A stretch of 64,000 bases of DNA from Bacteroidales bacterium. Its GTDB lineage: Bacteria > Bacteroidota > Bacteroidia > Bacteroidales > Azobacteroidaceae. Position numbers and translations under genes: made by a program. Shown here one piece after another: positions 50,663 to 60,046 of this stretch. Location: the NCBI GenBank assembly GCA_031556375.1, contig JAVBTA010000003.1:103319-167318 (forward strand). The letters run 5' to 3'. Numbering within the stretch: the first letter of the stretch is position 1; each line of letters starts with the position of its first letter. Below the pieces are notes generated by a model, which had not been told where the DNA came from, made no database searches, and worked only from the letters and a program-made list of their open reading frames with translations.

Positions 50663-53600
50663 TTAATCCTCTATAACTACACGAAATCCTACATTATAAA
50701 CCTTTTGCCAGGGTAAATATGCTTTTCTGACATAAGCAGCCGATGCTTTAGGATGTTCAATCCAGGAACCTCCCCTTACCACCTTTTCTTCTGTCGTTGC
50801 AGTTTTTTTGTCGCTCAACGGATAAGGAAGATAATCCGAACGGGTCCATTCTGCAACGTTTCCGTGGATGTCATAGATTCCCCATACATTCGGTTTGTAG
50901 CTACCCGGTTTTGCTACAAGCATATTGCCATCATCCACGCTTTCTTCCTTTGGATGCCATGTATAATACTTATACCAGCGGTTTTTCTCTCCCATTGGCT
51001 GAGGATCGACCCCTGATACTGCCATTTTATTCATTTGCTTATCAGCCATATTTTCAAAAGCGGCAAAATTATCATTGAAACTTCCATACCAGAATGGAGC
51101 ATCATTACCGGCTCTACAAGCCCACTCCCATTGTTGTTCGGTTGGTAAAGTCACTTTAAGACCTGTTTTTTCACCGAGTTTTTTACAATAATCCATTGCT
51201 TCCTGCCAGCTGACACGTATTACGGGTTGTTCCGGTTTATTCGCAGGATAACCCTCATTTACATGGTCTTTCCACTGTTGATCAAAGAATTTGCTGTCAT
51301 GTTGTGGAAAAAATACACGGAACTGTTCATTTGTAACCTCCATCTCAGCTATCCAGAACGATTTTTTCACTTCAGCTGCAAATGCAGGAGAATAATCGGA
51401 TGGTTTGTTGTTAGTGCCCATAATAAATTTTCCGGCAGGAACTTTCACAAATTTCATACTAATTCCAGGAGCAATTTCTATCATTTTAGATGTTTCTCCT
51501 GCTTTTGCCAACATAGAATATGCTTCCTGATTATCAAAGGGATAACCTTTCACTTTGACATCTTTATAATTTACCTCTTTTTTAACCGGTTTAACCTGAG
51601 TAGGTTTAGGTTGTTTACTCAAATAACCGGCATAATTCCGTATTTCACCTTTCCAGTCAACACCAGCTTCGTTGGCATACTTATCCGTCAGTTCAATGCG
51701 CCTTTGGATCTGATCACAATTATTATATTCCTCCGCACGCATAGTACTATGATAAGGAGCATTGAAATCGATCCAGTTATAAAGTGTTTTCCACTCTTTT
51801 TCAGTCAATTCCACTCCATGGTGACCTTTTTTCAACATAGAGATCAGAGGACTGGTAGAAACGTGGTATTCATAAGGATATAATACTTTCATACCAGCTT
51901 CAGGTCCCTGACGGTGAACATACGGATGCAAATCGAGATAACTTTTACTGTAGGCCAATTTATTCGGCACCTCTTCATCAATACGACCACCTCTGTAATC
52001 ACGCTTGAGAGAACCATTGTGACAAGCCACACAAGCCCTGTCTAAAATAGGCTGTATCTCTAATTCGAAAGTAAAAGGACGTACTCCCCCTTCCGGAATC
52101 GTTAAGTTTTTTGCAGGTTTCAAGGAAGCCATTGCCCGCTTAGGCTTAGGTATCTGATTCTGATCTTCGTGGCAGCCCACACAGGAAACTACTTCACCAG
52201 GCATGCCGGTCAACCAGCTTCTCATCCACTGGATAGCAGCTCCGTCCTTATCCAAGGGTTGAAGTGAAACCGGAGTATTAGCCGGGATATTAAACATCAC
52301 AGAACCATCATCTTCAACAGGTACCACCCCCAAAAGACGTTTGATGTCCCATCCGCTTTGAATACCCTGAGCCACGTGATCCGATTGAGAACGGTTGTAT
52401 GCATATTCATACGCAAATACACGTAAAGATTTCACAGTTCCTTTCGGTACATTCGGCAAACCTTCTCCTTCGTAAATATCCTGAATGAAAACGGTAGCTT
52501 CTTTTTTACTTTCATTTATCTTTGAAGGAATTACCGGAGGTGTCTGACGTTTAATCAATGGAATACCGTGAATATATCCGGCACCTTCTTCCAATACAAT
52601 TGGAGTGATATTATCGTAAATATCAACAAGATACAATCCCCATAAGCTATTCTCGTTCAACTTTGCTGTTACAAGAAAATATTTATCACTGATCGGATAA
52701 GGTTTGATAAATTGAGGATATACACCATTAACCAATTCATCCTTAACCAATGGAATGATCGGACGTTTACTGAATGGAATCTCCTGCAACATACCTTTTT
52801 CCTCTTTCCTGCTTTTTGCAGGATCAAAGGTCATCAGACGACCACTGCGAGCCACTCCATGATGACCGGAAATAATTCCGACAAACTGAGTTGTACCATT
52901 GGGTAATGGTTGAACATCAAAAGTACTGTTTGGAAAGACAGAACCACTACCATAAAGTGAGCGTTGTTCCGTACCGTCGGGATTCATGTGCATGACCATA
53001 CGCGAAAAATAGTGTGTCAAGTCGGTATATTCCCAACGAACATACATCAGACGACCGTTATTCATTACCGTAGGATGCCAGTTTGCATCCTGATCGAATG
53101 TCAAACGTCTGATTTTACCGGTTTTAGGATCGTAATTAATCATGTTTCCAACAGCATCGCTACCATTCACACAAGGCACAGCCTGATAACCTATATTTGA
53201 AACAGCAATAACCTTATTATCAGGGAGATATGTTCCATCAAAAAATTCCAGGTCTTTTTCTGTCGTTGTGATCATCTGTTTGAAATTTTTTCCGTCGATT
53301 CCGACTTCATATACATTCCAGAGATTATTCTCGTTGATCATTGAAAACATGACGCGATCTCCGTTCCAATGTAACTTCAAATCCGGCACAGACGATGTAT
53401 TTGTAGGCTTGAATATAGTTCTGTACTTGATATCTCCACGCAGGTTATTCATCTCCATGATTTCAGCATTGAATCCTTTTCTGGCAGCAGAAGACTGATT
53501 TGACCAGTTATTCGGCTGTGTACCAAGAGAATGTGCGCTATTCTTGCGGGCATTAACTCCGATAGTATATTTACTAACCAATAGTCTGTCCATATCCAAA

Positions 53601-54277
53601 CCCGGATTAGACAAAAGGATATCACGTTTTAATTTCAGGGCTTTCTCTGCCGAAGCAATCGCCGCCGGATCATTCGAATAAATACCGTCAAATCCTTTAT
53701 TAATCAATAATTTAAGTTCTTTTAACAGGGAAAGAGCCTGAACCAGATTAAAAGACGGACTGGATTTCATATCATTTATTGCGGCTTCGATAGAGGGCAC
53801 ATTAAGCCATTCTAACTGTTCGTCGAGCCTATTGATATTAGAAGCAACTATAAATAAATCCAGTAATCCGGTGGCCCGTGCTTCAGGATTGCTCAGCTTC
53901 ATTTGTTCTTTTGCCTTCGATTGAATATATGAGGGTTTTCGGATATATTTACAAATATCTTCAACCATAGCGTATTCAATGGAATCTCCTATAGTTGTAA
54001 AAAATATCTTCCGATCCTGAGGTTCCAGATAGGTCATTGAGAAGCCTGTTTCCAGTGGAAATTGCTTGTACAGGGCCTCTATTTCAGGATTAACGTTCAA
54101 TGAATCGAGAGGTATATTCTCCTTCTTTACTTTATCCATCACGGACTTCTTTGTAGTTATGACAGCTTCCGTCCAACTTACCGGTGTGCAATTTAACGAA
54201 GCTTTCTTACTTCCCTTCTGTGCAAAAACAGAAATAGTGAAGCAAAAACAGATCATAATAATCAGATTTTTCTTCAT
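50663..54277 (-). CDS. Secreted 1204-aa protein: TolB-like beta-propeller + di-haem c-type cytochrome region (HzsA-like architecture) + C-terminal FGE-sulfatase (SUMF1-like) domain
   Basis: Signal peptide MKKNLIIMICFCFTISVFAQ. Beta-propeller-like repeats. Two CxxCH motifs, SCVGCHEDQ and ACVACHNGS, about 45 aa apart. The C-terminal approximately 300 aa read ...WGIYDIHGNVAEWT...RGGSW..., typical of the FGE-sulfatase/GldJ-K fold. Confidence 0.65.
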   Translation of the reverse strand: MKKNLIIMICFCFTISVFAQKGSKKASLNCTPVSWTEAVITTKKSVMDKVKKENIPLDSLNVNPEIEALYKQFPLETGFSMTYLEPQDRKIFFTTIGDSIEYAMVEDICKYIRKPSYIQSKAKEQMKLSNPEARATGLLDLFIVASNINRLDEQLEWLNVPSIEAAINDMKSSPSFNLVQALSLLKELKLLINKGFDGIYSNDPAAIASAEKALKLKRDILLSNPGLDMDRLLVSKYTIGVNARKNSAHSLGTQPNNWSNQSSAARKGFNAEIMEMNNLRGDIKYRTIFKPTNTSSVPDLKLHWNGDRVMFSMINENNLWNVYEVGIDGKNFKQMITTTEKDLEFFDGTYLPDNKVIAVSNIGYQAVPCVNGSDAVGNMINYDPKTGKIRRLTFDQDANWHPTVMNNGRLMYVRWEYTDLTHYFSRMVMHMNPDGTEQRSLYGSGSVFPNSTFDVQPLPNGTTQFVGIISGHHGVARSGRLMTFDPAKSRKEEKGMLQEIPFSKRPIIPLVKDELVNGVYPQFIKPYPISDKYFLVTAKLNENSLWGLYLVDIYDNITPIVLEEGAGYIHGIPLIKRQTPPVIPSKINESKKEATVFIQDIYEGEGLPNVPKGTVKSLRVFAYEYAYNRSQSDHVAQGIQSGWDIKRLLGVVPVEDDGSVMFNIPANTPVSLQPLDKDGAAIQWMRSWLTGMPGEVVSCVGCHEDQNQIPKPKRAMASLKPAKNLTIPEGGVRPFTFELEIQPILDRACVACHNGSLKRDYRGGRIDEEVPNKLAYSKSYLDLHPYVHRQGPEAGMKVLYPYEYHVSTSPLISMLKKGHHGVELTEKEWKTLYNWIDFNAPYHSTMRAEEYNNCDQIQRRIELTDKYANEAGVDWKGEIRNYAGYLSKQPKPTQVKPVKKEVNYKDVKVKGYPFDNQEAYSMLAKAGETSKMIEIAPGISMKFVKVPAGKFIMGTNNKPSDYSPAFAAEVKKSFWIAEMEVTNEQFRVFFPQHDSKFFDQQWKDHVNEGYPANKPEQPVIRVSWQEAMDYCKKLGEKTGLKVTLPTEQQWEWACRAGNDAPFWYGSFNDNFAAFENMADKQMNKMAVSGVDPQPMGEKNRWYKYYTWHPKEESVDDGNMLVAKPGSYKPNVWGIYDIHGNVAEWTRSDYLPYPLSDKKTATTEEKVVRGGSWIEHPKASAAYVRKAYLPWQKVYNVGFRVVIED

Positions 54278-54291
54278 GGTATATTATACTA

Positions 54292-55200
54292 TTATTGTTT
54301 ATTCTTGTATTCAGATGATTTTTTCAAGTCTTTATTTTTAACAGGAAATACACAGGATATCCTTCCAATACCGTTTCCTTCCGACAGTTGCCACATTAAT
54401 TTATTGTCCTGTGTAATTTCAATTAAAGCCGGTTGATTGCCATCCTCCCCTTTCGCATGACCGTTCCAGTTGCAAATCAACAAGTTATTATTATCCAATT
54501 CGACTATTTGTGCAACAAAATTCAAGCGAATCCCTTCAATATCTTTTTGTCCGATTTTTCGGATTAATTGGCCTGTCTTCCGTTCCACTTCCAATGCCGA
54601 ATGGGCATCTCCGCATGCAATCAACAGATTTCCGTTTTTTAGTTCAACGATTGAAAACGGATTTCCTTCAACCTTAAAGCGCATCACTTCTTCTCCCTCA
54701 GGACTTATTTCGACGACCTCTCCTTTTGCCATGACAGGAAATAGATAATTCCCGTTTTTAGCTTTGATTAATTGTCGCATTTGTCCGTGCAGACTTTCAA
54801 CTCCAGTTTCAAAAGAGAGTTTTTTCACTTCTTTCCCTTTCTTGTTCAACTCAATTATTTTGGCCGGAGAACCACTATGAGCCAGTAGAAACCCTCCGTT
54901 TGGCATTTGAGTGGCAGCATAAAGCTCCCCTTTTTCCTCCAGCTTATAATCCCAGATTACTTCTTTCTTCGCATTAATAAGTTTTGCACCTTTCTTATAC
55001 GAAATCAACAAATTTCCGTCTTTAGTCAATGTAATGTTTTCACAATCATCACTTTTTTCCAAATCGTATGTCCACTCGATCTGCTTCGTATTTTTATCAA
55101 TTAAAACCACCTGTTGCCATCCACAACCACTGATAAAGATCTTATCCTGAGCAAGAAGGCTACAGGGTAAAAGAAGAAAAAGAAAAGCCAAATACTTCAT
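54292..55200 (-). CDS. Secreted beta-propeller-like protein of unknown function
   Basis: Signal peptide MKYLAFLFLLLPCSLLAQ. Repeated G-x-L-L patterns (NGNLLI, DGNLLIS, NNLLIC) suggest propeller blades. Confidence 0.45.
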   Translation of the reverse strand: MKYLAFLFLLLPCSLLAQDKIFISGCGWQQVVLIDKNTKQIEWTYDLEKSDDCENITLTKDGNLLISYKKGAKLINAKKEVIWDYKLEEKGELYAATQMPNGGFLLAHSGSPAKIIELNKKGKEVKKLSFETGVESLHGQMRQLIKAKNGNYLFPVMAKGEVVEISPEGEEVMRFKVEGNPFSIVELKNGNLLIACGDAHSALEVERKTGQLIRKIGQKDIEGIRLNFVAQIVELDNNNLLICNWNGHAKGEDGNQPALIEITQDNKLMWQLSEGNGIGRISCVFPVKNKDLKKSSEYKNKQ

Positions 55201-55276
55201 AAAATAACGTTTTATAAATTGAGTATGGAGACCTACCCCCCTACAAAGGGGGATGCCCATTCTCAATTCTCAATTC

Positions 55277-56149
55277 TCAATTCGATAAGTCCTCAAATAA
55301 CTGATAAGCCTCATTAACCGAGTAATTCTTATGAACAACTGCGCTAACGGCCTGTATCATAGCAATCGGATTTTCAGACTGGAATACATTACGTCCCATA
55401 TCCACACCGGCAGCACCATCATTGATTGCATTATAGCATAGTTCCAGAGCTTCTTTTTCCGGAAGTTTTTTACCACCTGCAATTACAATAGGTACGGGGC
55501 ATGCTGCAACAACGTTTTCAAATCCGTCGCAATAATAGGTTTTTACGATATTCGCACCATTTTCGGCACAAACACGGGAAGCCATACCAAAATAACGGGC
55601 ATCACGAGCCATATCTTTACCAACAGCAGTAACTCCCATTACAGGAATATTATATTTTGAACCCAAATCTGCCATTTTATAGAGATTCGCAACCGTTTTT
55701 GCTTCCATAGCCGGATCTCCGATAGCGAGCATAATAGCCATAGCAGATACATTCATCCTGATTGCATCCTCAATATCGATTACAACATTATCATTCAATT
55801 CCGTAAGGATAGTTGTTCCGGCATCCGATCGCAAACAAATAGGTTTATTGATATTTGCAGGAACTGATGATTGCAAAATACCGCGGGCACACATCAAGCA
55901 GTCCGCATACTCCATTAACGGGGTGATATTCAAGTCAATCCGTTCCAAACCTGAAGTAGGTCCCATGATGAACCCATGATCAAAAGCCAGCATCACTGTC
56001 CGTCCGCTTTGTGGGTTGAAAATACGTGTCAGCCTGTCTTTCATTCCCCAGGGAAGATTATCAGCACCTTTTACATGGAATGCCCGGTTTTTCACTTCAA
56101 CACCGATTCCAAATTTTTTACCTTCTCTGATATCGTCTAAATCTGCCAT
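55277..56149 (-). CDS. lsrF: LsrF-type class I aldolase/thiolase (DhnA/FbaB-DeoC superfamily; 3-hydroxy-5-phosphonooxypentane-2,4-dione thiolase-like)
   Basis: MADLDDIREGKKFG...TVMLAFDHGF..GPT.GLERIDLNI...GANIVKTYY...CPVPIVIAGGKKLPEKEALE...DMGRNVFQS is nearly colinear with enterobacterial LsrF as I recall it, including the Schiff-base lysine context IVKTYY. 290 aa. Confidence 0.75.
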   Translation of the reverse strand: MADLDDIREGKKFGIGVEVKNRAFHVKGADNLPWGMKDRLTRIFNPQSGRTVMLAFDHGFIMGPTSGLERIDLNITPLMEYADCLMCARGILQSSVPANINKPICLRSDAGTTILTELNDNVVIDIEDAIRMNVSAMAIMLAIGDPAMEAKTVANLYKMADLGSKYNIPVMGVTAVGKDMARDARYFGMASRVCAENGANIVKTYYCDGFENVVAACPVPIVIAGGKKLPEKEALELCYNAINDGAAGVDMGRNVFQSENPIAMIQAVSAVVHKNYSVNEAYQLFEDLSN

Positions 56150-56191
56150 TTTTTTTGTACATTTATATTTTTAGAAAGTCCCTTAAATTAC

Positions 56192-56800
56192 TTACTCTGC
56201 AAATGCCTGGAACATACAAGCCCATGATGAAGCTCCTGAATCAGCGTAACCTATGGATTTTTCTCCGTAATTGCGGGCTCGCCCGAAGTTTGCTTTCATT
56301 TCGATAGTAGCTTCTGCCCCTGTTTTAGCGGCTTTAGCAGCTTCTGTAAAGAGTTGGGTAATATCATCCGAATCACAAGCCAACATTGCATCTACAGCAG
56401 GAATCAGGGCATCCATCATTGTTTTGTCGCCTTTTTGAGCCTGAGTTTGTTTACATACACCCTCCAGACCTCCCTTGAAGAGTTGTTTGACCTGTTCCGC
56501 ATTCATTTCTGTTCCTTCAACATGGTCGCTCATTCCGAGAAGAAAGCCACCAATTAAAGTACTGGTAGAACCACTGGTTTGCATCATCACATTGAATCCC
56601 ATGTCATTAAGCATAGTCTTCAGTTCCGTACCTTTCTTTGCAGCTTCCACAACAGAAGTCAGAGCCTGAACGATGGCTGTTCCATGGTCTCCGTCTCCAA
56701 TTACAGCGTCTAATTGAGAGAATTCATCAGCACGTTCGGTTACACGAACCAAAGCACGTTCCCACATGCTGATGAAGTCTTGTATAGTTAATTTTTGCAT
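56192..56800 (-). CDS. dhaL: Dihydroxyacetone kinase-type ADP-binding subunit
   Basis: AVIGDGDHGTAIVQALTSV is the DhaL signature DGDxG. 202 aa. Confidence 0.8.
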   Translation of the reverse strand: MQKLTIQDFISMWERALVRVTERADEFSQLDAVIGDGDHGTAIVQALTSVVEAAKKGTELKTMLNDMGFNVMMQTSGSTSTLIGGFLLGMSDHVEGTEMNAEQVKQLFKGGLEGVCKQTQAQKGDKTMMDALIPAVDAMLACDSDDITQLFTEAAKAAKTGAEATIEMKANFGRARNYGEKSIGYADSGASSWACMFQAFAE

Positions 56801-56804
56801 ATTA

Positions 56805-57845
56805 TTAAATCGTAGTCCAGTAAGGAGCGTTTGCTCTGCGTTTTAGAAGTTCAACATGATCGGCATCCAGTTTACCCAGCATCATTTGGAATCCTGAAAG
56901 TTCTTGAACTGTAAGGATTTCCATTAATTTTGCATCAGCAACTTCAATACCGGCATCCATTAGTATCTGGTGAGCTTTACGGAAAACAATACTCATTTCC
57001 ATATGAGTTGTAGCGCCGCTTCCATTGATGTAAAGCATTACTTTATCTCCTTTTTCAGGCTGGATCTTCTTGCACAACTGGTTAATCATGATTTCAGCCG
57101 TTTTATCCGCAGATTCTAACATCTGACGGCCATTGCTTCCGCCTTCACCGTGTTGTCCCATACCGATTTCCATTTCACCTGAAGGCAGGCTGGAGATAAC
57201 CGCACCATTCTGAGGATGAGTACATTGTCCCATAGCCACGGCCAAAGTAGCGATTTGTTTGTTGAAACGTTCACCGATTTCGCAGATCTCATCAAGGCTT
57301 TTTCCTTCTTCAGCGGCAGCACCTACTATTTTAGCTAGAGGTACACAACCGGCCAAACCCCGTCTGTCTTTATCCGGAGTATCCAAACCGGAACTGATAT
57401 CGTCGTGAGTCAGAATCGATTTTACTTTGATACCTGCCTTTTCTGCGAGCATTGTTGCCATATTGGCACTCATCACGTCTCCGGAATGATTCAAAACGAT
57501 TAACAGGATACCGGCATCACGTTTGAACATTTGCAAAGCCTGGAAAAGACGTTGAGCACCTGGAGCAGCAAAGATATCGCCGACAACAGAGCAATCCAGC
57601 ATACCTTCTCCGACAAATCCACTCAATGCAGGTTCGTGTCCTGAACCTCCTAAAGTAATGATTGCCACTTTCTTTTCGTCCTTCGGTTGAGCTCTTACCA
57701 CAATATTTTCGCCGCCTAAAGCAACTTTATCATTATAAGCCAACACATATCCTTCCAGTAATTCTTTTGTTATATTTTCGGGTTCATTGATGAACTTGGT
57801 CATAATCTTACTCATGATATTATTTTTTAAAGGTTTATTTATCAA
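56805..57845 (-). CDS. dhaK: Dihydroxyacetone kinase-type substrate-binding subunit
   Basis: ITLGGSGHEPALSGFVGEGMLDCSVVGDIFAAP carries the DhaK GGGSGHEP signature and the substrate His. 346 aa. Confidence 0.85.
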   Translation of the reverse strand: MINKPLKNNIMSKIMTKFINEPENITKELLEGYVLAYNDKVALGGENIVVRAQPKDEKKVAIITLGGSGHEPALSGFVGEGMLDCSVVGDIFAAPGAQRLFQALQMFKRDAGILLIVLNHSGDVMSANMATMLAEKAGIKVKSILTHDDISSGLDTPDKDRRGLAGCVPLAKIVGAAAEEGKSLDEICEIGERFNKQIATLAVAMGQCTHPQNGAVISSLPSGEMEIGMGQHGEGGSNGRQMLESADKTAEIMINQLCKKIQPEKGDKVMLYINGSGATTHMEMSIVFRKAHQILMDAGIEVADAKLMEILTVQELSGFQMMLGKLDADHVELLKRRANAPYWTTI

Positions 57846-58152
57846 AACACATTAACTCGATTGGGATACCTTCTTCTACGATAAAAGCGATAGTCAGGTT
57901 TTCTCCACCCGGACATGGCTCTACAATTACGTTTGCACCCTTTAAAGCTTCTTCCATATTTGGCACTTCGTATGCAATATGAGGAACTTTCTGAATAATT
58001 TCAGGCAACCAGCTTCCTTCTTCAAAACGAAGGAACTCAATTCTGTTCGGACTTTTTGAATAATCGGTCAAATGAACTTTCATTCCATCTACAAAAAACT
58101 CTCCTTGTTGACTTTCGCAAGTCGGAATTCCGTAATGATTAATTTTTCTCAT
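57835..58152 (-). CDS. Small hypothetical protein (possibly VOC/glyoxalase-like half-domain)
   Basis: 105 aa. Its stop overlaps the dhaK start by 11 nt, implying translational coupling. No clear motif. Confidence 0.4.
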   Translation of the reverse strand: MRKINHYGIPTCESQQGEFFVDGMKVHLTDYSKSPNRIEFLRFEEGSWLPEIIQKVPHIAYEVPNMEEALKGANVIVEPCPGGENLTIAFIVEEGIPIELMCFDK

Positions 58153-58179
58153 GGTAATTCAGTATTTCAGGTTTATAAA

Positions 58180-58872
58180 TTATTTTCTCATTCCTGCCAA
58201 AGCGTCTGTAAATACAGCACCCGGATTAGTAAAACGCAAACCATTACCATCGTGATAATTTGCATATTCAGTAACTATTGCACCTTCAGGGCCCGCAAAC
58301 AAGAAGTGTGGAGATTCTGCTTCGGCCAAATGAATTACTTCATCAACCATTTGTTTCTGGAAATGAGAAACAGTGATAAAATCTTTCTGACTTGCCGGTA
58401 AAACAGGAGGATTAGGAGTTGGGTCTCCGATTGAATAGTTGTAAGTCCAACCGTGACGAACCTGCCAGCTTTCAAATTTAGGAGGATGGTTTGTTGCTAC
58501 GTGACGGTGTTCCAGGATCATTTGTCCGGGTAATAAGTAGATTTCATGTCCGAAATAAGCATGAGCTTCATCGTTTACCCAGAATAAACCTGCCATTCCT
58601 ACATTTTCGAAGTCTCCCAGTTCAAAATCGGTGATCCACAGATTATTTTTTACAAACTCGGAATATGGAACTCCATAATAATCAAGCATATCCAGATATG
58701 CATCCAGAGCGACTTTAGGATCCAATTTTCCATCTTTGTAAAAATCCGCATTTGTGTACTTTTTCTTGTACGGTTCTTTTGTTTGCATAACTTCTTCTTT
58801 TTTAGTTTCACCGGAACAAGCTACTAAAGCAACCCCGATTATTAAGATCATTAAATTTTTAATTGTTTTCAT
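58180..58872 (-). CDS. Cupin-fold lipoprotein (possible sugar isomerase)
   Basis: Lipobox LVACSG. Cupin-like His cluster LPGQMILEHRHVATNHPPKFE. 230 aa. Confidence 0.45.
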   Translation of the reverse strand: MKTIKNLMILIIGVALVACSGETKKEEVMQTKEPYKKKYTNADFYKDGKLDPKVALDAYLDMLDYYGVPYSEFVKNNLWITDFELGDFENVGMAGLFWVNDEAHAYFGHEIYLLPGQMILEHRHVATNHPPKFESWQVRHGWTYNYSIGDPTPNPPVLPASQKDFITVSHFQKQMVDEVIHLAEAESPHFLFAGPEGAIVTEYANYHDGNGLRFTNPGAVFTDALAGMRK

Positions 58873-58886
58873 ACAATAATTATTAT

Positions 58887-60044
58887 TTATTTCAAGTTTA
58901 TTTTATTTTCTATCAATGCAATTCCCTCTATTTCAACCAATAATTCATCCCGGCATACATCAGCCAGGACATAACAAACCGGAACTTTCGCATATTTTAC
59001 CTTTACTACATTACGTGCCGCTTCCAGATATTTACAGCCTTTCAGATATACCCGTAAAGAGCAGATCCGGCCATATCCTTTCAACCCGGACTTAGATTCA
59101 CTTAAGGTTTGACCGGATATCAAATGCTCTACATTTTCCAATGTAATCCTGGTCTGTTCTTCTATTCCAACGTCTGCAAGGCTATTTTCACCACGGATTG
59201 CAGCCGTTCCTGAGACATAAATCAATCCTGATCCGTTTTCTAAAACTAATTTGGCTCTCTCAAATTTAGGAGTCGTTTTCTGCTTCAATTCTTTATCTTC
59301 CTCCCCGATCAACACTTTTTCCGAATAACCGAATGCAGGCACCTGTAAGCTATTATCAAGCGGAATTATCCGGTTTTCCGGAGTTGTAAAACAAAATGCT
59401 TCCAGATCGATCATTATTCCTCCGAAAGAAGTACCGATGCCTGTTGCCGCAGGAAAACCATTGTTCCAGATTGCAGAAGTATAGAAATGAGTTCTCGCAT
59501 CATTAAAATCCTGATAATGCTGATGGGTTCCTTCTATTTTTGTGATTTGCTCTATATAATTCCATTGACGGACAATAGACGAAACCGGCATGTTTTCACA
59601 AATAAAAATGTCTTTTAATTTAGAAAAAACCTGATCTGACTGTGTCCTGATCGAGTTTTTTAATGAATCTGCCAGAACTCCTCCGACAAACAGTTTTTTT
59701 GATTTTCCGTTTTGGAGAATAATATATGGTAAATCGTTTTGTTTCTTATAATGAACTTCTGTTCCGGCCTCCCACTCTGCCTCAAAAACTTCGAGGATTA
59801 AAGTATCCTGTTCCAGAGGAGGTTGAGCCACATAACTAAAAACCGGAGCTTTTTCTTCAAATTTACGTTCTACAAACCGAGCAATTAACGTTAAATGCTT
59901 CTTGTACTCTTCGTTATCCGTTGGATTTCCGAAAAATACAAGTCTTATAATTGTTCCTGTTTCAAAACCGGAATTAAATAAATAATCCAGTTGTTCTTCG
60001 ATTGAATTTCCTTTACTTTGTATATAATTACACTTAATAAACAT
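58887..60044 (-). CDS. Two-domain protein with a C-terminal RidA/YjgF-like domain (possibly FkbO/Hyg5-like chorismatase family)
   Basis: The C-terminal 120 aa read LIYVSGTAAIRGENSLADVGIEEQTRITLENVEHLIS...CRDELLVEIEGIAL, which is the RidA fold pattern. The N-terminal approximately 250 aa are unassigned. Confidence 0.5.
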   Translation of the reverse strand: MFIKCNYIQSKGNSIEEQLDYLFNSGFETGTIIRLVFFGNPTDNEEYKKHLTLIARFVERKFEEKAPVFSYVAQPPLEQDTLILEVFEAEWEAGTEVHYKKQNDLPYIILQNGKSKKLFVGGVLADSLKNSIRTQSDQVFSKLKDIFICENMPVSSIVRQWNYIEQITKIEGTHQHYQDFNDARTHFYTSAIWNNGFPAATGIGTSFGGIMIDLEAFCFTTPENRIIPLDNSLQVPAFGYSEKVLIGEEDKELKQKTTPKFERAKLVLENGSGLIYVSGTAAIRGENSLADVGIEEQTRITLENVEHLISGQTLSESKSGLKGYGRICSLRVYLKGCKYLEAARNVVKVKYAKVPVCYVLADVCRDELLVEIEGIALIENKINLK

Positions 60045-60046
60045 TA

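Noticed and set aside
58180-58872. Initial idea that the cupin lipoprotein is a D-lyxose/mannose isomerase
   Set aside because: The characteristic lyxose-isomerase motifs I recall (HFH plus EDIINRGG) are not present, and only a generic cupin His cluster is visible. Kept as 'cupin-fold lipoprotein'.
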